DNA of 64,000 bases from assembly GCA_043781235.1 (NCBI GenBank), contig JAYWBT010000182.1, positions 140 to 64,139 of the forward strand, written 5' to 3'. This document shows positions 54,964 to 63,897 of this stretch, piece by piece. Within the stretch, counting starts at the first letter, position 1. The number at the start of each line of letters is the position of its first letter. The position numbers and the translations under genes were made by a program. This stretch comes from Deltaproteobacteria bacterium (GTDB taxonomy: Bacteria; Myxococcota; Myxococcia; Myxococcales; 40CM-4-68-19). The notes beneath the pieces were generated by a model. That model ran no database searches. It was not told where the DNA came from and worked only from the letters and a program-made list of their open reading frames with translations.

Positions 54964-56532
54964 ATGTTGTCTGCCGCCGCCCTGCCCGTCGCCCAGGACC
55001 AGTTCGCGCGCCTCTCCACCGTGGTCGCGATGATGTGGTGGGCGATCTGCTTCGCGCTCATCTTCTTCATGCAGAGCGGCTTCCTCCTGCTGGAGGCCGG
55101 GTCGGTACGCGCCAAGAACGCCGCGCACGTGGCCGCCAAGGTGCTCTCGCACACCGCGATCGCCACGCTCTGCTTCTGGGCGGTGGGCTTCGCCATCAAG
55201 GGCTTCGCCTGGCCGCTCTGCTACGTGCTCCACCAGGGCGGCACCGGCACCACCTTCGCGGCGCTCGACGACGCGGTCACCGGCTACGTCGGCTGGGCCG
55301 GCTCGTCCACCTCGTGGACGCCGTGGAGCTTCTCCGCCGCGCCCGACATCTACCTCTACAATTTCTTCGGCTCGATGACTTTCGCCATCACCTCCACCGC
55401 GATTCCGGGCACCGTCTTTTCCGAGCGGTTCCACTTCAAGGCCTATCTCCTCTATGCAGTCCTCTATTCGGGCATCGTCTATCCCATCTTCGGCTTCCTG
55501 ATCTGGGGCGGCATCGGCGGCTCGCCGCTGCTCGACCCGCACGCCTGGCTCGTGCAAACCATGGACCGGTGGTTCACGCCCGCGATCGCCTCGCCGCGCG
55601 GGCAGCAATTGCTCGCTTATGGAATGACCCCGGACGCCACCGGCCAGCATTTCTGGGCGCCTTATACCGATTACGCCGGTTCGACCGGCGTGCACGCGCT
55701 GGGGGGGATCGTCGGCCTGGTCGGCGGCTGGTACGTCGGCCCGCGGCTCGGGCGCTACAAGCGCGACGGCACGCCGCTCGCCATCCCCGCCCATAACGTA
55801 TTGCTCACCGTGTTCGCGGCGCTGCTGCTCGCGTTCTGCTGGTTCGGCTTCAACGGCGGGTCGGTGGTGGCCAACGCAGCCGCCCACCCCACGCTGGGCA
55901 AGGGCGCGGGCCTGCGCGGGCTCTATATGGCCGATTACCTCTTTACCGATATCTGGTGGGTGCTCGTCACCACCGCGCTCGCCGGCGCGGGCGGGACCAT
56001 CGGCGCCTTGATCGCGGGATATCGGCTGCACCGCGCGGCCGACCCGCTGGTGCTCGCGAACGGCCTGCTGGGCGGGCTGGTGGCGGTCTGCGGCTGCGTC
56101 GGCTTCGCACCGCCCGGATATGGATTGCTGATTGGATTGATTGCCGGCTTTCAATTCCCCTATACCTTCCGCTGGGTGGAGCGGACGCTGCGCATCGACG
56201 ACGCCATCGGCACCATCGCCTGCCACCTCGCCTCGGGGATCCTGGGCGGCTTGATGGCCGGCATCTATGGCCAGCTCTTCTGGTGGGGCCTCCTGCCGGC
56301 GGGCTGGGTGCACCCGGGCGGCGAGCTGGCCGGGGGCACCACCATTCCGACCCTCGGCATCCAGATCAGCGGGTTTTTGGTGCTGCTGGTCTACGGGCTG
56401 CCCGCCGCGTACGGCATCTTCAAGGTGTGCGATCGCCTGGTCGGCGTGCGCCCGTCGCCCGAGGATGAGCGGGAGGGTCTCGACCGCGCCGAGCACGGGC
56501 TCGAAGCCTATCCCCACGACGGCAACGGCTAG
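54964..56532 (+). CDS. amt: Ammonium transporter (Amt family)
   Basis: 522 aa. FALIFFMQSGFLLLEAGSVRAKN and multiple TM segments typical of Amt. Confidence 0.9.
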   Translation: MLSAAALPVAQDQFARLSTVVAMMWWAICFALIFFMQSGFLLLEAGSVRAKNAAHVAAKVLSHTAIATLCFWAVGFAIKGFAWPLCYVLHQGGTGTTFAALDDAVTGYVGWAGSSTSWTPWSFSAAPDIYLYNFFGSMTFAITSTAIPGTVFSERFHFKAYLLYAVLYSGIVYPIFGFLIWGGIGGSPLLDPHAWLVQTMDRWFTPAIASPRGQQLLAYGMTPDATGQHFWAPYTDYAGSTGVHALGGIVGLVGGWYVGPRLGRYKRDGTPLAIPAHNVLLTVFAALLLAFCWFGFNGGSVVANAAAHPTLGKGAGLRGLYMADYLFTDIWWVLVTTALAGAGGTIGALIAGYRLHRAADPLVLANGLLGGLVAVCGCVGFAPPGYGLLIGLIAGFQFPYTFRWVERTLRIDDAIGTIACHLASGILGGLMAGIYGQLFWWGLLPAGWVHPGGELAGGTTIPTLGIQISGFLVLLVYGLPAAYGIFKVCDRLVGVRPSPEDEREGLDRAEHGLEAYPHDGNG

Positions 56533-58312
56533 AAACAAACAGGCCGAGCAGCGCGAGCCAGCTGCTGCCCGCCGCCGCGCAGCCCTGAGCGGCGGCCTCG
56601 ACCGGGCCAGCGCCGCCGTCGGCAGCGCCCGCGTCCGGCAAGCCGGCGATCCCGGCATCCGGTGCCGTCCCGGCGTCGGCGCTCCCGGCGTCCCCCCCGT
56701 CTGCATTCGACCCCGCATCGGCGCCCAGCACCTCGACCCGCGTGCGCGCGACGTCGTCCTGCGGGACGTCCACGCCCTCGTGCACCACCGCGGCCCAGAG
56801 CGCGCGCGTGCCCGCGGTCTCCAGGCGGACCTGCGCCTGCACCGTGGCCTCCGCGCCGGGCCCGAGCGGCTCCTGGAGCCCCCAGCGGAACGGATGCGCC
56901 TGCTGCGAGGCGGGCCGCGCGTCGTCGTCGACCGCGATGCGCCAGGTGCCGGAGACCGAACCGGTCGAGCTCTGCGACTCGTCGTAGATCACCGACGGCG
57001 GCGGCGCGACCGCGTCGATCGTTTGACCTCCAACGTTCTTGACGTGCACCGAGACGACGACCGTGCCGCCGGCGGAGACCGAGGCGGGCGCGAAGCTGGC
57101 GGCGAGGATCTGCAGCTTGCCCTCCGCGACCGGTGGCGGTGGAGGCGGCGCCGCGCCGAAGGCAGCGTCGATGGCGCTCCACATCTCGCGGCGCCCGGCG
57201 TCGTAGCCGAGCGCCCAGATCATGATCCCCGCGAGGTTCTTGCTTTCGACGAATTGATACTTGAGCGCCAGCGATTGACCGTCGTCGCACCAGCCCTGCG
57301 TCCCACCCTCGAGATACCAGGGCGTCTGCGAGCCGCTGTCCCAGCGCCGGCCGAAGGCGGAGAACTTCGCGAACACGTCCTTGATCAGCACGGTGGTGCC
57401 CGGCCCGGTGGTGGCAGCGCCGGGGCTATCCGAGACTGCGGGCCAGTCATATCCGTAATAAGGAACTCCGAGCGCGAGCGAGGCGACCGGCGCGACCGCC
57501 GCGAAGCCGTTCACCGCGTTCTCGACCGACGGCAGCGGAGAGCTCGCGCCGGTGGTGGGCGCCGTGCGCCAGTGCCAGTCGTACTCCATCATCAGCAGCC
57601 GCTCGGTGGCGGCGGCGAGGGACGCGGTGTCGTAGCCCGTGTAGCCCGTGCTCGAGGGCATGGCGAGCGTGAGCTCGGCGCCGGGCACCGCCGAGCGCAG
57701 GGCCTCGTGGGAGCGGCGCACGAAGGTGGTGAAGGCGTCGCGATACAGGGAAGTGACGAACTCGAAGTCGAGATTGAGCCCGTCGGCGCCGGCTCCCGCG
57801 ACCAGGTGCACGAGAGAATCGATGGCGCGTGACTGCGCGGCGGCGCTGCCGAGGAAGACGCCGATCTCGCCCGCGCCGCTGTTGAAGAGCGTGGCGCAGA
57901 GGTGGACCTTGACCCCGTGCGCGTGCGCGGCCAAGAGGAGCGCGGCGCCCGGCAGCGCGTGCGGGTTCGAGATGGTGCCGTCGGTGCCGAGGCCGACCGA
58001 GAAGGTGACCACGTCGCTGACCAGGTCCCAGCGGAAGGCTTGCAGATCGATCGACGACCAGTACGGGAGGTAGCCGTAGACGCGGCGCGAGAGCGCCGGA
58101 GCGGAGGTCGCCGCGAGCGGGATCGTGGGCGCAGGGACGGCCGGATGGGTGGTCCAGCTGCCGCCGGGCGCCATAGTCCAGCTGCCGGCGGGCGCCGTGG
58201 TCCAGCTAGCCGCGGGCGCGGAGACGTGGCCGGCGGAGTCGCGTGCGTGCGGGCCGACTTCGAGCTCGACCGGGTCCAGCGCGACCAGCGCGACGAGGAG
58301 CAAGCTCCACAT
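56420..58312 (-). CDS. Secreted glycoside hydrolase family 18-like protein with MYXO-CTERM-like tail
   Basis: 630 aa. YGYLPYWS and DGLNLDFE (GH18 DxxDxDxE with the second D replaced by N). The tail is QGCAAAGSSWLALLGLFVSSRCRR. Confidence 0.75.
   Translation of the reverse strand: MWSLLLVALVALDPVELEVGPHARDSAGHVSAPAASWTTAPAGSWTMAPGGSWTTHPAVPAPTIPLAATSAPALSRRVYGYLPYWSSIDLQAFRWDLVSDVVTFSVGLGTDGTISNPHALPGAALLLAAHAHGVKVHLCATLFNSGAGEIGVFLGSAAAQSRAIDSLVHLVAGAGADGLNLDFEFVTSLYRDAFTTFVRRSHEALRSAVPGAELTLAMPSSTGYTGYDTASLAAATERLLMMEYDWHWRTAPTTGASSPLPSVENAVNGFAAVAPVASLALGVPYYGYDWPAVSDSPGAATTGPGTTVLIKDVFAKFSAFGRRWDSGSQTPWYLEGGTQGWCDDGQSLALKYQFVESKNLAGIMIWALGYDAGRREMWSAIDAAFGAAPPPPPPVAEGKLQILAASFAPASVSAGGTVVVSVHVKNVGGQTIDAVAPPPSVIYDESQSSTGSVSGTWRIAVDDDARPASQQAHPFRWGLQEPLGPGAEATVQAQVRLETAGTRALWAAVVHEGVDVPQDDVARTRVEVLGADAGSNADGGDAGSADAGTAPDAGIAGLPDAGAADGGAGPVEAAAQGCAAAGSSWLALLGLFVSSRCRRGDRLRARARRGRDPPAHPRATGARRPGDRTP
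58149..58220. repeat. 3 x 24-nt tandem repeat in the GH18 N-terminal region
   Basis: gtggtccagctgccgccgggcgcc / atagtccagctgccggcgggcgcc / gtggtccagctagccgcgggcgcg, encoding (A/G)P(A/G)GSWT(T/M) x3 on the minus strand. Confidence 0.75.
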
Positions 58313-58385
58313 GCCGCGAGTGTCGCAAACCTTGCCCCCTACGCGCCATCGGGCGAACGGCCCCGTCGCTTGCTATGCTTCGGAC

Positions 58386-58760
58386 ATGCTCACCGTCGTC
58401 TACGACGCCGACTGCGGAGTCTGCCAGGCGAGCGTGGCGTGGCTTCGCAAGCGCGACCGGCGCTCTGCGCTTCGCTATGTCGGCAATGATACCCAGCCTC
58501 TCCCTGCGGGCGTGACGCTCGGAGAGACCGGGCACACGGTGGTGGTGCTCGAAGAGGACGGTCGCAAGTACGTCCGCGCCGAGGGTGTCGCGCGCGTCCT
58601 CCGTGAGCTGCGCGGCTATCGCGCGCTGGCGGCGTTGCTCACCGCGCCGGGGCTCAAGGCGCTGGCGAATCTCGGCTACGACCAGTTTGCCAGGCACCGC
58701 CACCGCATCTCGGCCGCGCTGGGCCTGCGCGCCTGCGCAATGCCGCAGCGCAAAGCCTGA
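58386..58760 (+). CDS. DCC-family thiol-disulfide oxidoreductase (DUF393)
   Basis: ORF 58125..58760 trimmed to ATG 58386 (MLTVVYDADCGVCQASVAWLRKRD...). Confidence 0.8.
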   Translation: MLTVVYDADCGVCQASVAWLRKRDRRSALRYVGNDTQPLPAGVTLGETGHTVVVLEEDGRKYVRAEGVARVLRELRGYRALAALLTAPGLKALANLGYDQFARHRHRISAALGLRACAMPQRKA

Positions 58761-58910
58761 CTATTTCTGCAGCTCGCTCAGGCAGTCGGCCGAGACCTGC
58801 CCCTCGTGCTGCTTGAGGCCATCACGCGGCCTTCGCCGGGCTTGACGTCCTTGCAGCATCGTCGGCGCAGGGGTGCACGGCAGCAGAGAGCAACAGCGCG
58901 ATCACCATCG

Positions 58911-59975
58911 TCATGGTTGACTCCTGACCAGGTCGAGCATGGCACTGCGGATCGAAGGCAGCTGCGGCACCGACGCCATCTCCAGATTGTCCGCCAGACC
59001 GATACCGGGAATATGCGCGCCCGCGAGCAGCCGCGGCGGCGCGAGCAGCTCGTAGAACAGCTCCTCGACGGCGCGGCGCAGGAGGTGCTCGCCGAAGTTG
59101 GTCACCTCGGTGTCCTCGTTGACGAAGAGGACGCGGCCGGTCTTCTGGATGCTGGCCCGGATGGTTTCCCAGTCGTACGGCCAGAGCGAGCGCAGGTCGA
59201 TCACCTCGACGTCCACGCCTTCCTTTTCGGCGAGCTCGGCGGCGGCCTTGGTGCAGAGAGGGAGAGTGCGTCCGTAAGAGACGACGGTGAGGTCTTTGCC
59301 GGCGCGAACCGTGCGCGCCTCGCCCAGCTTGATGAAGAGGTCCGGCGTGTCGGGCCACTGCGGCTGCCACTTGCTGCGATCGCCGAGCGGCGCGTCGATG
59401 CGCTTGCTGAGCGCCTTGTCGTCGCCCGGCTCGCCGGGGATCTCCTCGCCGGGGAGGTTGCGCACGCGCATCAGCGCCTTGGGCACCAGGAAGAAGCAGG
59501 GGTTCGGATCGACGATGCAGGAGAGCAACAGCCCGTACGCCTCGCGCGGCGTGGAGGGCATGGCGATCTTGTAACCGGGGATGTGCGTCGCCATCGCGTC
59601 GAACGAGTGCGAGTGGTAGACGCTGCCGCGGATACCCGAGCCCACCGGCGTCATGATGGTCATCGGGCAGTTCCAGTCGCCGTTCGAGGTCCAGTGGATC
59701 ATGCCGCCCTGCTTGAGCAGGTCGATGGTGTTGAAGGCGTAATCGCAGAACTGGATCTCGGCGACGTTGCGCTGGCCGGCGAGCCCGAGCCCGATGGCGG
59801 CGCCGACGATGCCGCGCTCGTCGAGCGGCGAGTTCCACGCCGTCTTCAAACCCTGCGTCGCGGTGAAGGCGCCACCGAGCGGCGGGCCGACGTCCTCGCC
59901 GAAAATGTCGGTGACTCCGTGGCGCTCCTCGGCGACGTGCAGCGCCATGCGGATGGCCTGGACCATGTTGCTCAT
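58911..59975 (-). CDS. 2-oxoacid dehydrogenase E1 component, beta subunit
   Basis: Within ORF 58911..60779, trimmed to ATG 59975 (MSNMVQAIRMALHVAEERHGVTDIFGEDVG...). Transketolase-like pyrimidine-binding and C-terminal domains. ATGA overlap with the alpha-subunit stop. Confidence 0.9.
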   Translation of the reverse strand: MSNMVQAIRMALHVAEERHGVTDIFGEDVGPPLGGAFTATQGLKTAWNSPLDERGIVGAAIGLGLAGQRNVAEIQFCDYAFNTIDLLKQGGMIHWTSNGDWNCPMTIMTPVGSGIRGSVYHSHSFDAMATHIPGYKIAMPSTPREAYGLLLSCIVDPNPCFFLVPKALMRVRNLPGEEIPGEPGDDKALSKRIDAPLGDRSKWQPQWPDTPDLFIKLGEARTVRAGKDLTVVSYGRTLPLCTKAAAELAEKEGVDVEVIDLRSLWPYDWETIRASIQKTGRVLFVNEDTEVTNFGEHLLRRAVEELFYELLAPPRLLAGAHIPGIGLADNLEMASVPQLPSIRSAMLDLVRSQP

Positions 59976-61009
59976 CGCGCGAGCACCGGGGTGCCCCGCA
60001 CCAGGTCCCGATCCGAAAAGACATGCTCGAAGATGCTCTCGCCCGAAGGCTGCGGCTCGGCGCGCACCTTCTTGTGCGCCTCCTGCAGCTCGAGGGTGAG
60101 CCGCGCCCGCAGCGCGTCCATCTGCTCGCGCGAGATCAGCTTGCGCTCTTCCAGACGGCGCTCGAAACCCTTGAGGCAGTCGGCCTCGTCGAGCACCGGG
60201 TTCGCGCCCGACGCGCTCGAGTGGCCGTAGAGCCGGCTCACCATCGCCTCGAGCATGAAGGGCTTGCGCTTGGTGCGCACGTACTCCATGGCAGCGGCGA
60301 GCTCGCGGTAGCAGACCTCGGGATCGTTGCCGTCGATGGTCTTGCTCTCGATGTTGAACGACCTGGCGCGATCGCTGATGCGTGTCTCGCCGTGCTGGCC
60401 TTCGCTGCGGGTCGAGATGCCGTAGTTGTTGTTGGTGACGATGATCAGCAGCGGCAGCGGGTTCGCCGGGCGCGAGGCCCAGACGAGACAGGTGGCGAAG
60501 TCGCCTTCGGCCGTGCCCGCGTCGCCGCCGGTGACGATGGTGATGCCGCGGCCGCCCGCGCGCTTCTGCGCGATCGCGGTGCCCGGGGCGATCGAGTACT
60601 GCACCTCGATGGGGCTGGAGACCGGCACCACGTTCCACTCGCGCTTCGAGTAATGCCCGACGAAGTTGCGGCCGCCCGAGTAGGGATCGGTGGCCGTGTT
60701 CTTCATCTGCCGCAGAGCATCGATCGGCGCGGCGCCCATCGCGACGAGAATGGCGCTGCTGCGGTAATGGAAATGGCAATAGTCGTGCCCGGGCCCCTGC
60801 CCCTTGTCGATGAGCATCCCCAGCGGGACGTTGAACGCCTCCTCGCCGGGGCCGCCGATCCAGAAGTACCCGTCGCCCTGCTTGTACATCTGGATCAGGC
60901 GCTCCTCGAGCAGGCGCGCTTTGAGCATCAGCCCGTGGAGGCGGACCAGGAGCTCGGGCGAGAGGTCCGGATCCTTGGCGGAGAGGACGGGGCGAAGGCT
61001 GGTGCTCAC
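59972..61009 (-). CDS. 2-oxoacid dehydrogenase E1 component, alpha subunit (TPP-binding)
   Basis: Within ORF 59972..61525. GTG 61009 has a GGAGAA SD. The TPP motif is GGDAGTAEGDF...VTNNNYGIS. Confidence 0.85.
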   Translation of the reverse strand: MSTSLRPVLSAKDPDLSPELLVRLHGLMLKARLLEERLIQMYKQGDGYFWIGGPGEEAFNVPLGMLIDKGQGPGHDYCHFHYRSSAILVAMGAAPIDALRQMKNTATDPYSGGRNFVGHYSKREWNVVPVSSPIEVQYSIAPGTAIAQKRAGGRGITIVTGGDAGTAEGDFATCLVWASRPANPLPLLIIVTNNNYGISTRSEGQHGETRISDRARSFNIESKTIDGNDPEVCYRELAAAMEYVRTKRKPFMLEAMVSRLYGHSSASGANPVLDEADCLKGFERRLEERKLISREQMDALRARLTLELQEAHKKVRAEPQPSGESIFEHVFSDRDLVRGTPVLAR

Positions 61010-61059
61010 GGGAGTTCTCCGGGCTGGGGCATCTGGAACTGGCGGCGCGCGGGAGGTGG

Positions 61060-62436
61060 TCAGCCCTCCGAGCGGGGCTCGGCGGCGGGGGACGCTGGAT
61101 CCGGCGACACTGTGTCCGACGAGGCTGGATCGGCCGACGCTGCGTGCGACGTAGCTGCGGAAGCCTCGGTGGCCGGTGGCGCGGAAGGCTCCGCCGCGCG
61201 CGGCTGCGCGGAGGAACCCGCCGGTCCAGGATCGGAGGCAGCGGCCACGGCGCCGGGCGAGGCCTCGGCCACCGGCGGCGCGCCGACCACCCTCCTGCCC
61301 GCGGGCGGCGGCGCCGAATGGCGCGGGTCGCCGTGCACCGCCAGCTCGACGTAGCGGTTGAGCTGCGTCCACGCGAGGAAGCGATCGGCCTCGGCGGCCA
61401 TCGCCTCGTCGGCGCCTGCCGTCAGCGGCTGATCGGCCCAGGCTTCGGCATACGCGTCGAATAACTGGCGGGCGAAGTCCACCGCGCGGCGCGACTCTTC
61501 CAGGACCTCGCGGTCCGAGCGCCACGGACCCGGCGAGCGGCGCGGCGCCGCGGCACGGCGCACGTTGGCGACGCTGCGGCGATAGGCCTGCGCGGCCTTC
61601 GACAGCTGCGGCACGGCGGCGAGCAGCTTCGACCGCAGCTCGAGCCGCGGAGAGACAGGTCCGGCGGCCTCGGCGACTCCCGGAGAAGCCTCGTTGCCCG
61701 CAGCCGGCGCGTCGCCGCTGCCCACCGCAGCAGCAGCGTTGCCCTCACCGGCGGCGTTGCCGTCTGCCGCGGCCTCTAAGTTCGCAGCGGACGTCCCGGC
61801 CGCATCGGCCGCGGCGCCGGAGGTGGATTCGCCGCTCGTTGCGCTCGCATCCGCGGCGGTGGCGCTGGCATCCGCTGTCGTCTCGGGAGCTGTGGTCGCG
61901 CCTGGCATCTCTGCCGCCGTGGCGTCGGCGCTCGGGCTCTCGGAGACGGGCTTCTCCGCGCGCGACTCCTTCGCGGCGCCGACGTCCTTCGCGCCGACAC
62001 CCTTCGCGCCGGATTCCTTCGCGCCGGCGGCCGCGCGGCGCGCCTGCCCCTCGGCAATTGCGAGCTGCGAGAGCGCGAGCGGCAGATCCCGCAGGAACCG
62101 CGCCAGGTCGAAGCCCTGCCCTCCCTCGTAGAGCCGCGACAGCGACCCGCCCACGCGCTCGAGCGCGCCCGAGCGCAGCTGCTCCATCACGCGCGGAAAG
62201 TCGGTGAAGAGCCGGCGCTGCGTATCGAGCCGCGAATGCAGCCGCTCGGCGAACGCGAGCGACGAGCCCGCCTGCTCGATCTCGCGGCGGACCGCATCGC
62301 GCAGCGTGCCCCAGCCGCCGCCCTGCGTTCCACCGCCGGTGAAGCCGCCACCGGCTCCGGCCGGCTGCTGCGGCGCGCCCTGCTGGCCCTGCGCTCCGGG
62401 TCCCCGTCCCTTGCCACTCCGCTGCTTTCTCGACAC
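61060..62436 (-). CDS. Ala/Gly-rich low-complexity hypothetical protein
   Basis: ORF 61060..62559. GTG 62436 is preceded by a GGGAGG SD 4 nt upstream. Ordered helical segments flank a long A/T/S/E-rich central region. Confidence 0.5.
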   Translation of the reverse strand: MSRKQRSGKGRGPGAQGQQGAPQQPAGAGGGFTGGGTQGGGWGTLRDAVRREIEQAGSSLAFAERLHSRLDTQRRLFTDFPRVMEQLRSGALERVGGSLSRLYEGGQGFDLARFLRDLPLALSQLAIAEGQARRAAAGAKESGAKGVGAKDVGAAKESRAEKPVSESPSADATAAEMPGATTAPETTADASATAADASATSGESTSGAAADAAGTSAANLEAAADGNAAGEGNAAAAVGSGDAPAAGNEASPGVAEAAGPVSPRLELRSKLLAAVPQLSKAAQAYRRSVANVRRAAAPRRSPGPWRSDREVLEESRRAVDFARQLFDAYAEAWADQPLTAGADEAMAAEADRFLAWTQLNRYVELAVHGDPRHSAPPPAGRRVVGAPPVAEASPGAVAAASDPGPAGSSAQPRAAEPSAPPATEASAATSHAASADPASSDTVSPDPASPAAEPRSEG

Positions 62437-62576
62437 GCTGCCTCCCGATCCGGAGGCACCTTCAAGCGGAAACCCCGGCCGGATGCAAGCTTTCCCTGCG
62501 CGCCGCTGTCCGCCGCCCAGCGTTCGCCGCCCGCCGACCGGCGACGTGCCAGCCAACATGCGCTATAGGGCCAGCC

Positions 62577-63068
62577 ATGCCGAAGCTCCGTCCGTACTCC
62601 GCGAAGGACTGGCCCCATTTCCTCGAGCTCGATCTGGAGACCGCCGAGGACGGCCTCGGCACCGACGCCACCGACACCGAGCGAGCCACGCTGCGCGAGC
62701 GCTGGCCCGCGCTGCTCGACGTCAACCTCGGCTTCAGCAAGGCAGGCTTCCGCCGCCCCGGCGCGCAACTCTGGGTGCTCGAGGGCGAGGGCGGCAAGTA
62801 CCTTGGGCACCTCTGGCTCACCGAGAAGGACGACGCCATCCACTGCACCCGCACGCTCGAGGTCACGACCATGGGCGCGGTCCGCGACGAGCGCGGCAAG
62901 GGCTACGGCCGCCAGCTGATGGACAAGGCCGAGCAGGAAGCGAAGGCGCGCGGCATCGAGCTGATCGAGCTGTCGGTCGCGGGCAACAACCGGCACGCGC
63001 GCGAGATGTACGACGAGCTCGGCTACGAGACCGTGGCCAGCACGATGCGCAAGAGGTTGCGGGACTGA
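62577..63068 (+). CDS. GNAT-family N-acetyltransferase
   Basis: 163 aa. Acetyl-CoA motif VRDERGKGYGRQLMDKAEQEAKARG...N..A..MYDELGY. Confidence 0.85.
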   Translation: MPKLRPYSAKDWPHFLELDLETAEDGLGTDATDTERATLRERWPALLDVNLGFSKAGFRRPGAQLWVLEGEGGKYLGHLWLTEKDDAIHCTRTLEVTTMGAVRDERGKGYGRQLMDKAEQEAKARGIELIELSVAGNNRHAREMYDELGYETVASTMRKRLRD

Positions 63069-63583
63069 TCTTCACCCTCGGCCACTCCACGCGGACCTCC
63101 GCCGGGCTTTTGTCGCTGCTCGCGGAGCACGGCGTGCACAGGGTCGCCGACGTGCGCCGGCTGCGCGGGTCGAACGCGATGCCGCAATTCAATGAAGCGC
63201 GGCTGCGGCGCACGCTGCTGCGGGCCGGCATCGAATATCTGCCGATTCAAGAGCTCAGCGGCCGCCGGCCGAAGCAGGCCGACCCCTGGCCGCGCAATTG
63301 CTGGCGCAACCGCAGCTTCGCGAACTATGCCGACTTCATGCGAACGCCCGAGTTCCGCGAGGGCGTTCGCATGCTGCTCGCCGCGGCGCGCGGTGTGAAC
63401 CTCGGCGTGATGTGCGCCGAGGCCGTGCCGTGGCGCTGCCACCGCTCCCTGATCGCCGACTATCTGGTGGTGGAGAAGCACCGCCGCGTGACCGAGATCG
63501 TCGGCACGCGCGCCCGCCCGCACCAGCTCACGGCCTGCGCGCGCATCGTGCGCGGGAAGCTCACGTATAGTGCGCCGCCATGA
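63065..63583 (+). CDS. DUF488 domain protein (probable CTG start)
   Basis: C-terminal part of ORF 62204..63583: (L)IFTLGHSTR...VMCAEAVPWRCHRSLIADYL. There is no ATG/GTG/TTG near the conserved N-terminus. CTG 63065 overlaps the GNAT stop (CTGA). Confidence 0.65.
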   Translation: MIFTLGHSTRTSAGLLSLLAEHGVHRVADVRRLRGSNAMPQFNEARLRRTLLRAGIEYLPIQELSGRRPKQADPWPRNCWRNRSFANYADFMRTPEFREGVRMLLAAARGVNLGVMCAEAVPWRCHRSLIADYLVVEKHRRVTEIVGTRARPHQLTACARIVRGKLTYSAPP

Positions 63584-63897
63584 CGGAGATCAGCGTCGAG
63601 GAGCTGCGGGAGATGCGCGAGCGCGGGGAGAAGTGTTTGTTGCTCGACGTGCGCCAGCCCTGGGAGCACGAGCTCGCGCGGATTCAGGATGACCTCCTCA
63701 TTCCGCTCGACCAGCTCTCCGCGCGCCTGGCCGAGCTCGACGATGCCCATCTCGTGGTCTGCTATTGCCACCACGGCGTGCGCAGTCTCAGCGCGGCGGC
63801 GTTCCTCGAGCGCAATGGCGTCGCGAGCGTGGCTTCGCTCACAGGCGGGATCGACGCCTGGTCGGAGCGCATCGACGCGGCCGTGCCGCGCTATTGA
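63580..63897 (+). CDS. Rhodanese-like domain protein
   Basis: 105 aa. LLLDVRQPWEHE and active-site loop CYCHHGVRS. ATGA overlap with the DUF488 stop. Confidence 0.85.
   Translation: MTEISVEELREMRERGEKCLLLDVRQPWEHELARIQDDLLIPLDQLSARLAELDDAHLVVCYCHHGVRSLSAAAFLERNGVASVASLTGGIDAWSERIDAAVPRY

Noticed and set aside
58822-58914. Tiny ORF (MTMVIALLLSAAVHPCADD...) in an ATGA overlap with the E1-beta stop.
   Set aside because: It is signal-peptide-like, but only 30 aa long before a stop. The apparently coding text downstream is in other frames. Without expression or comparative data I cannot tell whether it is a frameshifted small lipoprotein gene or chance.
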